Shown piece by piece: positions 61,602 to 64,000 of a DNA stretch of 64,000 nucleotides. Under the pieces are notes generated by a model that searched no databases, had not been told where the DNA came from, and saw only the letters and a program-made list of their open reading frames with translations. Location: positions 23,250,001-23,314,000 of the forward strand of contig NC_090347.1 of NCBI RefSeq assembly GCF_035084215.1. The letters run 5' to 3'. Numbering within the stretch: position 1 is the first letter of the stretch; every line of letters starts with the position of its first letter. Position numbers and translations under genes: made by a program. Source of the DNA: Heptranchias perlo. Taxonomy: Eukaryota.

Positions 61602-63811
61602 CAGAATGGAGTGCCGAGTTCACCAGGAAAAACAATAAGGATTAACGAAGACTTAGAGAAGCAGTTTGTCCCTCATCCATTGTGACGATAGGCAGAAAAG
61701 TCGATTTTTGGATCAGTGCACTGCAATCTTTGTTAGTCTCAATTGCCAAATTCAGAATGTGTGTTGTGTTTGAACATTGGATTCATGAAACAATTCAAAA
61801 ATAGCTAGTTCTACATTACATTAAAGTTGAGAGATTTAACAAATGCACTTATTTGTTCCTAAAATTCTTAAATCTTTTATTGCAAGATTTTCTAAATGTA
61901 ATCATAATTGAATTTATCAGTCATTGCAAAACCCCAGAGAGCTTTGGGAGAAGCTCTAGTGCTCTGATCCTGAATTCAGTCATTTAATAGTAATTAGTAT
62001 AAGAATAGTGTACAAATTTGGAAAACCCAGTAAATTGTTTTTAATAATTTCTTTTGTTAAGCTTTTGGCTATCAAAACTTTCCAGTATCCAAATTTATAC
62101 AACACATTCTGAGCTGGCTTATAGAACTTTTTATAGCACTTTCAGCATTTTAATAGCACGACTTTGTAGTGCAAGTCACTTTATAAATATAGCCAGAGTG
62201 GAAAGATTAAGGCCGTACATCTGCAACGGGTGACCAGAGGCCAACTGCAAAAGTAACCAATGACTGCAGCAGACATTTTTTTATTGTATAGAATGTAATG
62301 CCTAAATAGTTTGATATTCAAACTGATGTCCAGTAAGTATTCCAAGTTGTATGATTTTCATTTGTACTGGAACTTTTACACTCAATTTCAAATAAAGCTT
62401 ACCAGTTATTCAGTCCTATTTAAATATTCTGTACTTTGGAAATATCTACATCCTCAGACTTTCATGATGCATGAAATGAAACCAGTATAAAAATGAGTAC
62501 TGCTAGACTCAACTTACTGGTTCAATTTTTGTATACTGAGCAATAATTTAAAATGTTTCTTGCCGACAAGGCGGGCTGCCTATTTCGCGAACTATGCTGA
62601 AATGAGCTCAAATGTATATTGTCTAATATTTTGTGACTATAAAAGGCAAACTCTAGTTTCATTGGTAAACTGGTGTACAATACCTAAAACCTGTGATGCA
62701 CCTATAAGTGACTTAGTAACCTAACAGCTAATAATTAACACAACTGTCATTGCCTGGAGAAAATTCAACTAACAATTAATTCCATACGCTTAAACGGTCA
62801 TTTTTAATTGTTCAAAAGCTAATATTTTTGTCCTCATGTGAACTTAAATTTCACAGTAACTCCATTTCACATTTACTTTAGAGCATTATGTCAACTGCAT
62901 TGAATTTGCACTTCCACAAAACTCAAGCCACTTAAATATAATCCCCCATACAGGAAAACCAATTACTCAATACTTTTATCCCCAGAAAAAGGCACATACT
63001 ACCTAGAGCAGCTGATTTTTTTCCCTTCTCTATCGTGCTGACTTTAACCTAGTGTTAATGTAAATTATGTATCAATACAATGTCATGGCAACTGTACAGG
63101 TTAAGAGTTTTCAATATTACACGCAGAAAGTTTATACCTCTCATTAGCACGGATACTTCGAAGGGTTCCTCTACACAGGCTGGAAGACACTCAATTCATT
63201 GAGGTTGTGATTCAGTGACATCAACTAAAAGAGAATCTATACAGAGTTAAGATATAGTTTGTCTGCTTAGCAATAATTTGGCTGGAACAGTGTTCTCCTG
63301 TCAGGCCTGTAAGTTTGCACAATTTATGGAGATATCCTCTGGCTGTAACAAAGTATGGCCCCTTCATGAATTAGAGTCTCAGCTCTGTAGAGCTCTTCAG
63401 TCATCGATTATTAAATAAAGAAACTTGGCATGAAGTTCACACCACAATGTGCAACCTCATGCAGATTTTAAGACCTGCAAATCTACAGGATGCTATTTAT
63501 GCCAATGTACTAGCAATCTTGCTTAGCAGTCACCCAACCTGTTACATGTACAACACACATTAGATTCAACAGTATCCAAGGCAGTCAAAGATAAAGAGCT
63601 ATTGTTCAAAGTACATTCCTCTTTTGATATGCATTAGTGTGAACCACTATTGAATTGCATACTGTTAGAATGATATTTGAAGTTACATTACAGTTGTGAT
63701 ATTGCAGGGATCAGTCATTAAATGAGGGGCTTTTTATTTGGAGGAGGCTAGGGCTAATTAAAACACATGCAGTGCCTTATGCTTTAATTGTTCTTCCAGC
63801 CTAGACTCTGA

Positions 63812-64000
63812 AAGGATGATTTTAACCCTGCCCACCCGACGGAAAGCAGGCCGGTGGGCAGTTAAAATCAGCCAGGTGACTTACCCGCCAACGCTCCGCA
63901 CCGATCCTGCCATCTTCTATTTTATCCTGCTCTCCTGAGCCCACCTCAAACCGTCCGGGTCCTCCTTTAAATATGCTTGATATCATCGGGCTCCAACTGC
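63812..64000. mobile_element. Start of a GC-rich repeat with a terminal hairpin (probable non-autonomous DNA element, runs off the window)
   Basis: GATTTTAACCCTGCCCACC...GGTGGGCAGTTAAAATC inverted repeat and an abrupt GC/CpG increase. Confidence 0.45.

Noticed and set aside
59900-64000. SRSF2 or MFSD11 sequence, expected by synteny downstream of METTL23
   Set aside because: No RRM/RS coding exon or recognisable conserved 3'UTR block was seen; the gene probably lies beyond the window.

Overview
Eukaryotic (vertebrate) genomic DNA, AT-rich and dense in repeats. The repeat content (CR1 and L2 LINEs, Deu-domain SINEs, Penelope-type termini) points to a cartilaginous fish such as a shark; this is inference. 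The window holds the conserved MXRA7-JMJD6-METTL23 block. MXRA7 is represented by coding exon 1 (minus strand, gene runs off the left edge). JMJD6 is complete (minus strand, 6 coding exons, 1212 nt = 403 aa + stop). METTL23 is complete (plus strand, 5 coding exons, 702 nt = 233 aa + stop). JMJD6 and METTL23 are head-to-head, with ATGs 356 bp apart across a CpG-rich bidirectional promoter. Introns and intergenic DNA carry many LINE/SINE fragments, two long intact RT ORFs, a nested LINE-in-LINE with a solo LTR, several palindromic/MITE-like elements and a perfect 305-bp tandem duplication. The most notable non-coding signal is three minimal type-I hammerhead ribozyme motifs in Penelope-like termini inside METTL23 introns. 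Two of them form a spacer-less 204-bp palindrome flanked by a 12-bp target-site duplication. Exon boundaries were read by hand from GT/AG sites and reading frame. Repeat boundaries are approximate, and family names come from recalled consensus features, not from a database search.
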